The notes under the pieces were generated by a model. The model saw nothing but the letters and a program-made list of their open reading frames with translations. It was not told the origin of the DNA and ran no database searches. A program made the translations under genes and the position numbers. This document shows, in pieces, positions 1 to 12,500 of a DNA stretch of 64,000 nt. How positions within the stretch are numbered: position 1 is the stretch's first letter; each line of letters opens with the position of its first letter. Source of the DNA: Octopus vulgaris. Lineage: Eukaryota. The stretch is from NCBI GenBank assembly GCA_951406725.2, contig OX597824.1, positions 59,892,001-59,956,000 of the forward strand, read 5' to 3'.

Positions 1-440
1 AGGAAAGGCTGTGCACTGAGTCAATCCCACTCACTAAGCAACAGCAGCCATAATCCGAAAAGAAGTACAAGTCAGCATCATCGGTAACCACTGAGCCGCA
101 GGTTTTATGTCGGAGTTATCCCAGTTACCTGAGTTACCTTCTCCTAGAAGGATGCCCTAGGAGTCCTTCACTCCCAATGGTTTAACCGCGCGATCAGGTA
201 TTCAGTCCGATTATTTCTATGTCCCCGCGCATGATACAGCCTTAAGACATTTATTGGATGGCCGTTGACTCTCAAGAGTTCCTCTGCCCTTTGACGGGTT
301 TTGTTTTTCATCCTGTAGGGTGTCCAATAAACACCCTCCTCACCAAGCAAGCTGGTGGGGTTGCCGGTTTAGTCGCCGACGACCTGACCATGCAACAGAT
401 TGTACTAGGTTACATGTTACCAGTAGCACTCGAAAGTGAC
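1..440 (-). mobile_element. Probable 5' UTR/5' end of an RTE-clade LINE, continuing off the window start
   Basis: GC-richer structured block ending abruptly at an (AC)n/(TA)n tract. It contains CCTTCTCCTAG (137-147), which I recall from RTE 5' UTRs. No ORF lies in the window, so the clade call is inference. Confidence 0.4.
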
Positions 441-516
441 ATACATACACACACACATACACCTATATGTAAATATACATATATACATAGATCACATCCA
501 ATTAGGTGTGTATGTA

Positions 517-558
<42 letters not shown>

Positions 559-1433
559 TTTTCATCATCATTTTTACATTTGTATTTTGTATGCTTGCAG
601 AGTTGACCAAAGCTTCTCGAAATAGTTTTCTACACTCAGGTGCCATTGTCGACGCTAACCCTGTGTTGTAGTGAATTACCTCATTCCCCATTTTTATACA
701 TCAAGTAGCCATAAGGACAGAGACAACATAGCCACAGTTGAAATCTCACTAATGTAAAGAACCATGGAATCAAACACATAGGATTTAGTTGAACTTGTTA
801 AAAAGAGATTAGGTTTATGAGACAGGTTGTTGTTCTGATCCAGAGAATAAATTTTCACTATCATTAACTTATCTATTGCTGTGGTTTGGAGATGGACAAC
901 AAAATTTTATGCAAAATTTTGTGTGTGTGTGTCTTTGTGTCTTTGACAACCGGTGTTGGTGTGTTTACGTCCCCATAACTTACTGGTTCAGTAAAAGAGA
1001 AATAGAATAAGCAACGGGCTTTTAAAAAAATGTACTAGAATCGATTTAATTCTTTCGGCTAAAAATTCCTGGCAGTGCTCCCGCACAGTCTAATGAGTGA
1101 ACGACTAAGAAGATTAATAAAAAATAAATATGTATGGTAACCATACATGCTCACTCACAAAAAAAACGCGGTATAGTTATGTATATATGTAGCAATTTAT
1201 CTAAATAATTTTAATTAATTCTTAACATGAGACCCACCAATTCTAAACTCAAACCTATTGTTGCAGATCCACATAAACTGGTAACGTTGCAGTGTTTCAT
1301 CATTATGTGCCTTATTTTACTTGGAAAAGTAGTCTGTCAGATATTTTACTTGTTGGTGGTAAAACTTAGAAAAATCTTTTTGCTCTCCTTAGATCGATTC
1401 TCTTTCCATCTAATTCATGAAGGCTGCAATATA

Positions 1434-1598
1434 CTCTTTACTCTTTTACTCTTTTACTTGTTTCAGTCATTTGACTGCGGCCATGCTGGAGCACCGCCTT
1501 TAGTCGAACAAATCGACCCCAGGACTTATTCTTTGTAAGCTTAGTACTTATTCTATCGGTGTCTTTTGCCGAACCGCTAAGTTACGGGGACGTAAACA

Positions 1599-1600
<2 letters not shown>
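1434..1600. mobile_element. SINE-like dispersed repeat fragment
   Basis: (ACTCTTTT)n start followed by GACTGCGGCCATGCTGGAGCACCGCC...AAGTTACGGGGACGTAAACAC. A related degenerate copy lies in the opposite orientation at ~940-1110. Confidence 0.55.
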
Positions 1601-1637
<37 letters not shown>

Positions 1638-1650
1638 ACATATATATATA

Positions 1651-2607
1651 TCTCCCCCCTCCTCACCTATCCTTTCTCCCCCCGACCCCTACTTCTTCAG
1701 TCCTTCATCCTTTCACCCCCTACTCCCCTTCCCTTCTTCCCTCTTTCTCCCTCCCTCTTCCCCTTCCCTCTGCTCCCTCACTCCCTCTCTCCCCTTCTCT
1801 CTCCCCCTCTCCCTCTTTCCTCCTTCATCCCCCTCATCCCCTTCCTTCTCCCCCATCCTCTCCTCTCCCCCTTCTTCCCCTCCCCTTCTCTCCCCCTCCC
1901 CCTCTTCTCCTCACTACACCACATGACTTTACACATCACATCACATATGATGTGCCATACTAATACACACACCAACTAATACATACTAATACGTACTAAT
2001 ACATACTAGTACATACTAATACTTACACCAACCCTATACATACACACGTCCAGACCCCGCATACGCACTTATACTCTCTCTCACACACACACACACACCT
2101 ATACATACCAATACGTACTAATACATACTAATACATACTAATACATACACCAACCCCATACATACGCACGTCCAGACCAATCTTACGCACTAATACTCTC
2201 TCATACACACACACACACACACACACACCCTTATACATACTAATACATACACCAACCCTATACATACACACATCCAGACCCCTCCCACGCACTTTTAGCT
2301 GGTCCCTCAACCCACTTATCAACCCTATTATCTCCCCTTATTTCGCTCTCGCGTCTCATGTTTGATCTTTGACCTCTGGCCGAAATCAGATCGCCATGTT
2401 GATTCGTTAGCTACTGCACGCATTTTTTTTCTCTCCTTCTTTCTGTGTTTTTCTCTCTCTGTGTATCTTTCTGTTGAAGAGCGTAGGCTCGAAACGTTAA
2501 AGACTTGTTTTATTTATATTTCCTGAGCGCCATACTAATACAATTGTTCGTTTGTTTTCCACCTGCCTTCGTCTTTTGTTTATTTTCATAAAGCTTCCCG
2601 TTATATA
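1651..2607 (+). repeat. 5' pseudo-LTR of the Neptune-type PLE
   Basis: Near-identical to 6137-7090: C/T-rich tract, (ATACATACTA)n repeats, hammerhead, and the ending AAGCTTCCCGTTATATA. Confidence 0.9.
2466..2503 (+). ncRNA. Type I hammerhead ribozyme motif (variant core)
   Basis: TCTTT-CTGTTGA-A-GAGC(GTAG)GCTC-GAAAC-GTT-AAAGA. Stem I is TCTTT/AAAGA, stem II is GAGC/GCTC, stem III is the palindrome ACGT. The core has U at position 6 and an extra A after A9. Confidence 0.75.
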
Positions 2608-3223
2608 TTATGCGCTCACGTGGTCTCACTTTCATCCTATATTCTACCAATACCACTATCAACACTTACCTCTACCTTGGATTTTTTTTACCTCTTGGAT
2701 ACTTACCATTGGCTGCACCTCTCTTTCGCGGATCAAAGTGACTTTGCATTGATGTGAAATCCTTAAAAATATACCACGACGTCTACACATTTCTCACCTT
2801 GAACTTTCAACCTTGAACTTGTTCGCATAAACTGTCCCGTTTGTTGTATTTTTATTTCTTCTTATATTACCACTTTTTTTACATTCATTTCATGCTTCCC
2901 ACATTTTCCTGAATTTTTGTTCTCCTTTCCGTCTTTCTTCCCTCTCTGGATGTCCATACTCCGTTTCCTCTGCCTGCACCTCCCTTTTTTTGCCTCCCCC
3001 TCTCTCTGCTTCCCTTCTTTCTTTCCCTTTTCCGTTTGCCCCGTCTTTTCTGCCCCTATCGCTTACTTATCTAGTTTTTTCATACGATTATTATTTTTTT
3101 GTTTTTTTGAACGTTTGTTTTTTCCCCTTTTTTCGCTATCCTTTTTTTCTATTTTTTTCATACGATAATTTTTGTTTTTTGTTTTTTTTGTTTTTTCGAA
3201 CGTTTTTTTTCCGCTATCCCATC

Positions 3224-6130
3224 ATGCCGGATCCTAGGTCCTACCTCCTCACCCTCCATCACCGTTTGAAGGATCATCTACGTTCGCTTCCTGTATATTG
3301 CCTTCAGCCGTCCGTTAATCTCTCTCTACTTCTTTTTAAAAAAACCCGCTTCTCTAGCCATGTCTCTTTCCTAAGCCGCTGCCTACATCACCGACTCATC
3401 CCTAAAGGTTTCCGCCTCCACTTCCACCCTGCTCTCCACTCGGATTCTTCCATCTTACCCATACTCGGCACCACATCTTACCGCCTTATGCGGGCCACCA
3501 TTCGCTCCAATCTCTCCAAACTACATGCCATCAACCGCCTTCTTCCTCCTGCTTTCTCCACCTTCTTCTCCTCTCTGCCGCCTCTCTATGCTCCAAACAC
3601 GCTACGCTTCATTATCCATTTGAATCAACTCTTCCATCAATTTCTTTCTGATACCAAACTTCGTAAACTCCAATCACTCTTCCATTCCACCCTACCCGAC
3701 GCCACTACCCCAACTCCTCCACTACCCTTCTCCCCTCCCGATAGGCTCCATCCACCCACACCTAACCCCACTGCCCCTCCCTACAACCCCCTCTCCCCTC
3801 CCGTTAGGCTCCATCCACCTACACCTAACCCTACTGCCCCGCCCAACCACCCCCCACACACCTCTCCACTCCCTCCCCCTCAGACCTCCCCGAGACCTAC
3901 CACCCCTCCTACTTCTATTCCATCCACCCCTTCTCCACTTCCGTCTGTTGTTACCATTCCCCCCGATCTTCCCCTCTCTGCGGCTGAACGCTCCGTCCTT
4001 GGTAGGGGTCTGCGTTTCATCCCCCTCACTCCATCCTGTAAGGAATTCCAGACGCGAGTTGATGTCCACAGCTTTGTGCGCCGTGTCCGGTTGGGTGCGC
4101 ATTACCACGACTCGCCACCCACACCCAACGAAGAGGACGACTGCTTCACTGGCCTGGGCCGCCGACCATCCCCGTGGACGCCTGCCCCTGGCCAGATCCT
4201 AGCAGTGGATCTTTTCGCGGGCGCTTGTCAGCGTGCATTGGAGCGGTTCAACTTCTCCAGGCGCCAACGCCGCCTCAACATCTCCCCGGCTGAGCTCTTG
4301 GCTCTTCGTTCCCTCCAACGGCGCGCTGACATTATCATCAAACCGGCTGACAAGGGTGGAGCTGTAGTGGTGTGGCGCGCGGACCTCTATAGGGCCGAGG
4401 CTTTCCGCCAACTCAATGACACCTCCTTCTATTCCCCTCTGCCCTCTAACCCCACACGTAGCTACCAACAGACGGTATCCTCTACTGTCCAAGACCTCAT
4501 CTCGTCCTCCCGTCTCCCCCGCACCGCATCCAACCTAATTGTGCGAACCCCACGTACCCCCACCATTTACTTCCTCCCCAAAATCCACAAACCCAACAAC
4601 CCTGGCCGCCCCATCGTCTCCGCCTGTAACTGTCCCACGGAGCTCATCTCTAAATACCTCGACCGTGTCCTTGCCCCCCTAGTGGCATCTCTTCCCTCCC
4701 ACATCCACGATACCAACCATGCTCTCCGGCTTTTCAACTCTTTCTCCTTTCCTCCCGGCTCCTCCAAAATCCTTTTTACTATGGACATCCAAAGCCTCTA
4801 TACTGTTATCCCTCACCACGAAGGACTGCAGGCCCTTCGACACTTTCTTGACCTCCGCTCTAACCCTGTACCTGACACCTCCACACTCATTCGTCTGGCC
4901 GAACTTGTCCTTACTCTGAACTGCTTCTCGTTCGCGGGCGAGTTCTACCATCAGGTCTCGGGAGTGGCCATGGGAACGCGAATGGGCCCCAACTATGCGA
5001 ACCTGTTCGTTGGCTATGTTGAGGCCCAAATATTCTCTAATTTCACTGGTCTCACTCCTGAACTATATGGTCGTTATATTGACGACATTATCGGTGCCAC
5101 CTCACTCTCCCGCGAACATCTAGATTCCTTCCTCTCTTTCGTCCAATCTTTCCATCCAGCCCTCCACTTCACTTCCACTATCTCCAACACCTCTGTCTCC
5201 TTCCTCGACATTTCGGTTAGCATTCTTCACTCCACTCTTACCACCTCCATTCACTACAAACACACAGACTCACACTCATACCTCAACTTCTCTTCCTCCC
5301 ACCCAGAACACACCAAGCTTTCCATCCCCTATTCCCAATTCCTCCGTCTACGTAGGCTCTGTAGTGACGACCATGACTTTGAGACTCAGTCTCAACGTAT
5401 GGCTCACCACTTCACCCTACGTGGATACCCCCTCACCACTATCCACACCGCCCTTGCCAGAGCACGGTCCGTGGACCGTGTATCTGCTCTCTCTCCCCGA
5501 ACCCGCCCTGTAGTCTCCCGCCTCCCTTTCCCCTCACTTACCACCCCACGACCCTACGTCTCCAACGCACCATTCTTCGAGCTTTCCGTCATCTCCAGTC
5601 CGACCCGTCCACTTCACACCTCTTCCCTAACCGACCCCTCCCCTCTTTCAAACGAGCCCACAACCTTCGAGACCTTTTGGTCCATAGCTCCTTCCCTGAC
5701 CCTACCTCCCAACCCGGCTCGTTCCCCTGCTCCCGCCCACGTTGCCGCACTTGCCCTTACCTCTCCAACACCACCCGCCTCACTAGCACCCACCATCGAC
5801 CCTATCCCATCATCCACTCCTTCACCTGCACCTCCAGCAATATTATCTATTGCATCTCTTGCTCTCTCTGCAATTCCTTGTACATCGGACAAACGGGACG
5901 CCGCTTGGCTGACCGGTTCGCGGAACACCTTCGTGACATCCACCTTGCGAACGACACACCGGTCTCACGCCATTTCCGCTCCACCGGTCACTCCTTGCAA
6001 CACCTATCTGTGTTCGGTTTGTCCTTACACAGAGGCCATCCGGATTCCCGTTTGCGCCGTGAACAGGAATTAATCTTCTCTCTTCGCTCTTATACGCCAT
6101 TTGGTCTCAACTCTCCCCCCTCCTCATCTA
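3224..6130 (+). CDS. PLE reverse transcriptase + GIY-YIG endonuclease, split by a -1 frameshift near 5530
   Basis: RT motifs IKPADKGGAVV, LPKIHK..GRPIVS, TMDIQSLYT, GVAMGTRMGPNYANLF, GRYIDD and FLDI in ORF 2990-6073 (likely ATG 3224). The -1 frame continues LPFPLTYHP..., the linker CSRPRCRTC, NIIYCISC..LYIGQTGR..RFAEH and ..FGLN (ORF 5677-6411). The 3' end is approximate. Confidence 0.9.
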
Positions 6131-6136
6131 ACCCCC

Positions 6137-7086
6137 CTCTCCCCCTCCTCCCCTATCCTTTCTCCCCCCGCCCCCTACTTCTTCCGTCCTTCATCCTTTC
6201 ACCCCTACTCCCCTTCCCTTCTTCCCTCTTTCTCCCTCCCTCTTCCCCTTCCCTCTGCTCCCTCACTCCCTCTCTCCCCTTCTCTCTCCCCCTCTCCCTC
6301 TTTCCTCCTTCATCCCCCTCATCCCCTTCCTTCTCCCCCATCCTCTCCTCTCCCCCTTCTTCCCCTCCCCTTCTCTCCCCCTCCCCCTCTTCTCCTCACT
6401 ACACCACATGACTTTACACATCACATCACATATGATGTGCCATACTAATACACACACCAACTAATACATACTAATACGTACTAATACATACTAGTACATA
6501 CTAATACTTACACCAACCCTATACATACACACGTCCAGACCCCGCATACGCACTTATACTCTCTCTCACACACACACACACACCTATACATACCAATACG
6601 TACTAATACATACTAATACATACTAATACATACACCAACCCCATACATACGCACGTCCAGACCAATCTTACGCACTAATACTCTCTCATACACACACACA
6701 CACACACACACACACCCTTCTACATACTAATACATACACCAACCCTATACATACACACATCCAGACCCCTCCCACGCACTTTTAGCTGGTCCCTCAACCC
6801 ACTTATCAACCCTATTATCTCCCCTTATTTCGCTCTCGCGTCTCATGTTTGATCTTTGACCTCTGGCCGAAATCAGATCGCCATGTTGATTCGTTAGCTA
6901 CTGCACGCATTTTTTTCTCTCCTTCTTTCTGTGTTTTTCTCTCTCTGTGTATCTTTCTGTTGAAGAGCGTAGGCTCGAAACGTTAAAGACTTGTTTTATT
7001 TATATTTCCTGAGCGCCATACTAATACAATTGTTCGTTTGTTTTCCACCTGCCTTCGTCTTTTGTTTATTTTCATAAAGCTTCCCG

Positions 7087-7090
<4 letters not shown>
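6137..7090 (+). repeat. 3' pseudo-LTR of the Neptune-type PLE
   Basis: Direct repeat of 1651-2607, followed directly by (TA)n. Confidence 0.9.
6952..6989 (+). ncRNA. Type I hammerhead ribozyme motif, second copy
   Basis: Identical to 2466-2503. Confidence 0.75.
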
Positions 7091-7150
<60 letters not shown>

Positions 7151-7303
7151 GACGGGCTTCTTTCAGTTTCCGTCAACCAAATCCACTCACAAGGCTTTGG
7201 TCAGCCCGAGGCTATAGTAGATGACACTTGCTCAAGGTGCCACGCAGTGGGACTGAACCCAGAACCATGTGGTTGGTAGGCAAGCTACTTACCACACAGC
7301 CAC
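7151..7303 (-). mobile_element. tRNA-derived SINE fragment
   Basis: Minus strand reads GTGGCTGTGTGGTAAG (A-box-like) ... GGTTCAGTCCC (B-box-like). Confidence 0.65.
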
Positions 7304-7957
7304 AAAGAATCAACTGTTTTCAGCAGTCAGAAATTCAGAGACAAGTCACGTTGAATATGAAATCATTTACTGGTTGCTATTTCCACTAATTTAAGTAAAA
7401 CAAAAACGTATGTTATCTGGGTTTAGTCTTCGTCTTTTGCAATTAACTGCTTGCATTCTCTTGACATTCAAATGGAATGTTCCAGACTTTGAATGATAAT
7501 ATTGGTTTCAAATTCTCGCATAAGGCCTGCAGTTTTGTGGGAGGGATTAAGTTGATTACATCAAGCTGAGTGTTTAACTGATACTTATTTTATCAACCCC
7601 AAAAGAGTGAAAGCAAAGTCTACCTCCGTGCACTTTGAACTCAGAATGAGAAGAGCATTTTACCTGATGTGTTAATGATTCCGCCAGTTAGCTGTCCTAC
7701 TACAATAGATAATATTGACTTTGTTTATTCCACAATAACAATGACAAGCAGATAGTACGCATGACTGGTGACACATTACAGGTCGACCTTGTTTGATATA
7801 GGTATCAGAATGTACAACTGGTGACAGCAGTTGTGTTTCCAGTATGACATGCATTAAAAACAAAATTGTTATCTTCAAATTCAAAACTAGGTTAGATTAG
7901 ATGAATTCATTGGTAAAATAAAAAAAAAGTACTGATTTATTTTACAAAATATTTTTT

Positions 7958-8027
<70 letters not shown>

Positions 8028-8060
8028 GTGTATATCTTTGTGTAAATATATATGTGTCTA

Positions 8061-8111
<51 letters not shown>

Positions 8112-8177
8112 ACATATATGTGTGTATATATATGTATATATGTATATATATGTATATATATGTATATATATATATAT

Positions 8178-8710
8178 AATGATAAATCTCAGACCGAGTT
8201 ATAAGCAGTACCGGTAACACATCGTGACACATATTTCCCATTTGAATATGGCTAACCCCTAAGGGTGGATGCTACTGTAGTTTGTAGCCACAGGAAGATA
8301 TCTCCTCCAGCTTGCTATAGACACACTATCTGTTCCCTATCAGTATTTGTGAAGGGAAGTCACGATGTGTTACCGCTACTGTTTATAACTCGCTCTGAGA
8401 TTTATCATTGTTTGATTTCACTTTTTCAATATCAGTGTCAATCGACACAGGAAAAAGTATATGTATTTGTGAGGGAAACTGAATTCTCGTCGACAACTAT
8501 GATTGTCACACGCTGATGATAGGTAAACACCTTGAAACTCGAGTCCGTGTGTATCATAAGTTGAAGACGGAAGGATGACTTCCCTTCACAAATACTGATA
8601 GGGCACAGATAGTGTGTCTATAGCCAGCTGGAGGAGATATCTTCCTGGGGCTACAAACTACAGTAGCATCCATCCTTAGGGGTTAGCCATATTCAAATGG
8701 CAAATATGCG

Positions 8711-8714
<4 letters not shown>
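8178..8714 (+). mobile_element. Retrozyme-like non-autonomous hammerhead element: 351-nt monomer (8364-8714) plus an inverted partial copy (8178-8362)
   Basis: No ORF; central hammerhead. 8224-8362 is the reverse complement of 8576-8714, and 8178-8223 is the reverse complement of ~8364-8409. (TA)n lies on both sides. Confidence 0.75.
8507..8551 (+). ncRNA. Type I hammerhead ribozyme motif
   Basis: CACACG-CTGATGA-T-AGGT(AAAC)ACCT-T-GAAAC-TCGA-GTC-CGTGTG. Canonical CUGAUGA/GAAA core, GUC cleavage triplet, 6-bp stem I that extends further, palindromic stem III ACTCGAGT. Confidence 0.9.
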
Positions 8715-8768
<54 letters not shown>

Positions 8769-8936
8769 TTAGGGAATAAATCCAAATTTACAGGGAAAAA
8801 ATCAGATTAAGGATTAAATCCAGTTTTATAGTAAAATATTATAAAATATTATTAGAGACAAAACCACTATTTTGCAAAACAAACAAGGAAAGACTTAATC
8901 AATACATAAAATTTTAATAAATAGTCAAAAAAACCG

Positions 8937-8979
8937 CCACTACAATCGTTTCTTGTCTTGATCGACAATCTTCAGGTGG
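8937..8979 (-). ncRNA. Type I hammerhead ribozyme motif
   Basis: Minus strand: CCAC-CTGAAGA-TTGTC(GATCAA)GACAA-GAAAC-GATT-GTA-GTGG. Confidence 0.85.
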
Positions 8980-9564
8980 ACTTCAATCTAAAATATCAAT
9001 ATTTTAAAATATACAAATAATAATTTTAAAATAATTAAAGTATGAATGAAAAAATATAAATATATAATCCATATATAACCTATATATAATCCATATATAA
9101 TCAATATATAAACAATATATAAACTAACATAAACCTATCAACAATTAAATATAAAATATAAAATATAAAACAAAACAAAAAAAAAATAATAATAATATAA
9201 TAATAAACTATATATACACCCATACACATATACCTAATTATATATAACCAAATCTAACTACATACACTAAATCACACACCTATATATATATCCCTATACA
9301 TACACATAAAAACGTCTAGGCAACTATAAATAAATAAAATAGCTAAATACTTCAACACAATACTTATTCATACTCCCACACACACACACATACAACCCAC
9401 ATTCACGCTCTAGAAAACGGACATCACTCAAAATTATGAACGGAGAAATGGAATAAATGGAATTAAAAATTATATTCACTTGGTAAAACGAACACTACTT
9501 AAAAATTATGAATGAAACAATGCAATAAAACAACAGACATCGCAAATATACACAAATTACTACG

Positions 9565-12500
9565 AATTCCTTAACAAACCTACCATGATAAACCAAAACT
9601 CACAAAAACATATAATGATAAAATCTCCCTTTACTAAACTCTATAACATACCTATATAGCAATCCCCCTAACCTAAACATTCACACACAAATACACACAC
9701 GTAAACCACACACCCACGACATATACAAATACCCACACCACTTACACATACCAATACATACATATAAACCTCAACATATACTCCAAAAACCCACTCAACC
9801 CCACACAGACAAATAAACACAAAAATTAAGAATGGATTCTTTTATAAAACTACCATGATAAGCTAAAACTCACAAAACAGAAATGATAAAACCTCCCTTT
9901 ACTAAACACTATAACATACTTATATAGCAATCCCTTTAACCTATACATTCACACACAAAAACACACACACGTAAACCACACACCCATAACAAATACAAAC
10001 ACCCACCCCACTCACACACACCCACAAGTACATATAAGCCTCAACATATACACCAAACAAAATTACCTTACCAAGGAACTTAACATATGTATAAAAAGTA
10101 TAACCACTCTGGAAACGAACATCTCTAAATTAATGAATGGAGAAATGGAATAAATGGAATTAAAAATAATATTCACGTGGCAAAACGAACACCACTCAAA
10201 AATTATGAATGAAACAATGTAATAAAACAACCAACATCGAAAATAGACAAATTACCACGAATTCCCTAAAAAAACCATGATAAACCAAAACTCTTAAAAA
10301 CATATAACGATAAAATCTCCCTTTGCTAAACTCTATAACAAACCTATATAGCAATCCCCCTAACCTAAACATTCACACACAAATACACACACGTAAACCA
10401 CAGACCCACGACTTATACACATACCTATACTAACTTATAAACCTCAATATACACCAAAACCCACTCCCTCCCCACACAGACAAATTAACACATACATCCC
10501 AAAACCTAAATAACAAACCCATATACACATTCACACACAAACACACACACACGCAAAACACACACACACAACAGATACATATACTCCCTCACATATACGC
10601 ATATACATACTCACTAAACTCGATATATACAACAATATTTACACACCCACACTCATACAGATAAATAAATTATACAACTAAAAACTCACACACAATCTCA
10701 TATACATAAACACTCCTATGAAAACAACATTAAATACATCGTAATTAACCAGAATATAAAAAATAACAATATGACATAAGGATAAATAAAATACATACTT
10801 ACAAGTCAGTTTCAAATTATAAAGTGAAATTAAATTCTTAGCCGTTAAAAAAATCAAACCAAAATTACGTTACCATAGAAATAACTTATGTAAAAAAAGA
10901 ATACGCGTCATGGAAAGTAAACGTCATTTAAAATTATGAATGGAGAAAAAGAATAAATGGAACTAAAAACTATATCCACGTGGCAAACCAACACTACTTA
11001 AAAAAAAATTTATTATGAATGGATTCTTTAAAAAACTACCATGAAAAATCATTATATACATTTATGAGCTTTAGCTCACCTTAGCAGCTCTAACAAACAA
11101 CTTGCAGCAACCCAAACCTATTCTCGATGCCTACCTCACTACTACACTATTCCACTCACAATTCCAAGCAACGCTAGTCCACCACCCGGTTACAATTCCC
11201 AACCCCACCCATTCATTCACAATTTCAACGACGTTCGCCTCCACAGCACTACATATAAGCCTCAACATATACACCGGAGATTCACATCCGTGCGGATGGG
11301 TGAGAGTAATTCCTTAACAAACCTACCATGATAAACCAAAATTCACAAAAACATATAATGATAAAATCTCCCTTTACTAAACTCTATAACATACCTATAT
11401 AGCAATCCCCCTAACCTAAACATTCACACACAAATACACACACGTAAACCACACACCCACGACATATACAAATACCCACACCACTTACACATACCAATAC
11501 ATACATATAAACCTCAACATATACTCCAAAAACCCACTCAACCCCACACAGACAAATAAACACAAAAATTATGAATGGATTCTTTTATAAAACTACCATG
11601 ATAAGCTAAAACTCACAAAACAGAAATGATAAAACCTCCCTTTACTAAACACTATAACATACTTATATAGCAATCCCTTTAACCTATACATTCACACACA
11701 AAAACACACACGTAAAACACACACCCATAACAAATACAAACACCCACCCCACTCACACACACCCACAAGTACAAATAAGCCTCAACATATACACCAAACA
11801 AAATTACTTTACCAAGGAACTTAACATATGTATAAAAAATATAACCGCTCTGGAAACGAACTTCTCTAAATTAATGAATGGAGAAATGGAATAAATGGAA
11901 TTAAAAATAATATTCACGTGACAAAACGAACACCACTCAAAAATTATGAATGAAACAATGTAATAAAACAACCAACATCGAAAATAGACAAATTACCACG
12001 AATTCCCTAAAAAAAACCATGATAAACCAAAACTCCTAAAAACATATAACGATAAAATCTCCCTTTGCCAAACTCTATAACAAACCTATATAGCAATCCC
12101 CCTAACCTAAACATTCACACACAAAAACAAACACGTAAACCACAGACCCACTACTTATACACATACCTATACTAACTTATAAACCTCAATATACACCAAA
12201 ACCCACTCCCTCCCCACACAGACAAATTAACACATACATCCCAAAACCTAAATAACAAACCCATATACACATTCACACACAAACACACACACACGCAAAA
12301 CACACACACACAACAGATACATATACTCCCTCACATATACGCATATACATACTCACTAAACTCGATATATACAACAATATTTACACACCCACACTCATAC
12401 AGATAAATAAATTATACAACTAAAAACTCACACACAATCTCATATACATAAACACTCCTATGAAAACAACATTAAATACATCGTAATTAACCAGAATATA

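Larger units (their letters stand above)
1651..7090 (+). mobile_element. Near full-length Penelope-like retroelement (Neptune-type) with pseudo-LTRs, inserted in (TA)n
   Basis: Direct repeats at 1651-~2607 and ~6137-7090 flank an RT plus GIY-YIG coding region. (TA)n lies immediately on both sides, and each repeat carries a hammerhead motif. Confidence 0.93.

Noticed and set aside
2990-3223. Phe-rich N-terminus of the 1027-aa ORF
   Set aside because: T-rich non-coding leader with a non-ATG start. The plausible start is ATG 3224.
8676-8686. TTAGGGGTTAG resembling a telomeric repeat or telomerase template inside the retrozyme-like element
   Set aside because: It has an extra G relative to TTAGGG and is not conserved in the homologue at 23500-23520.
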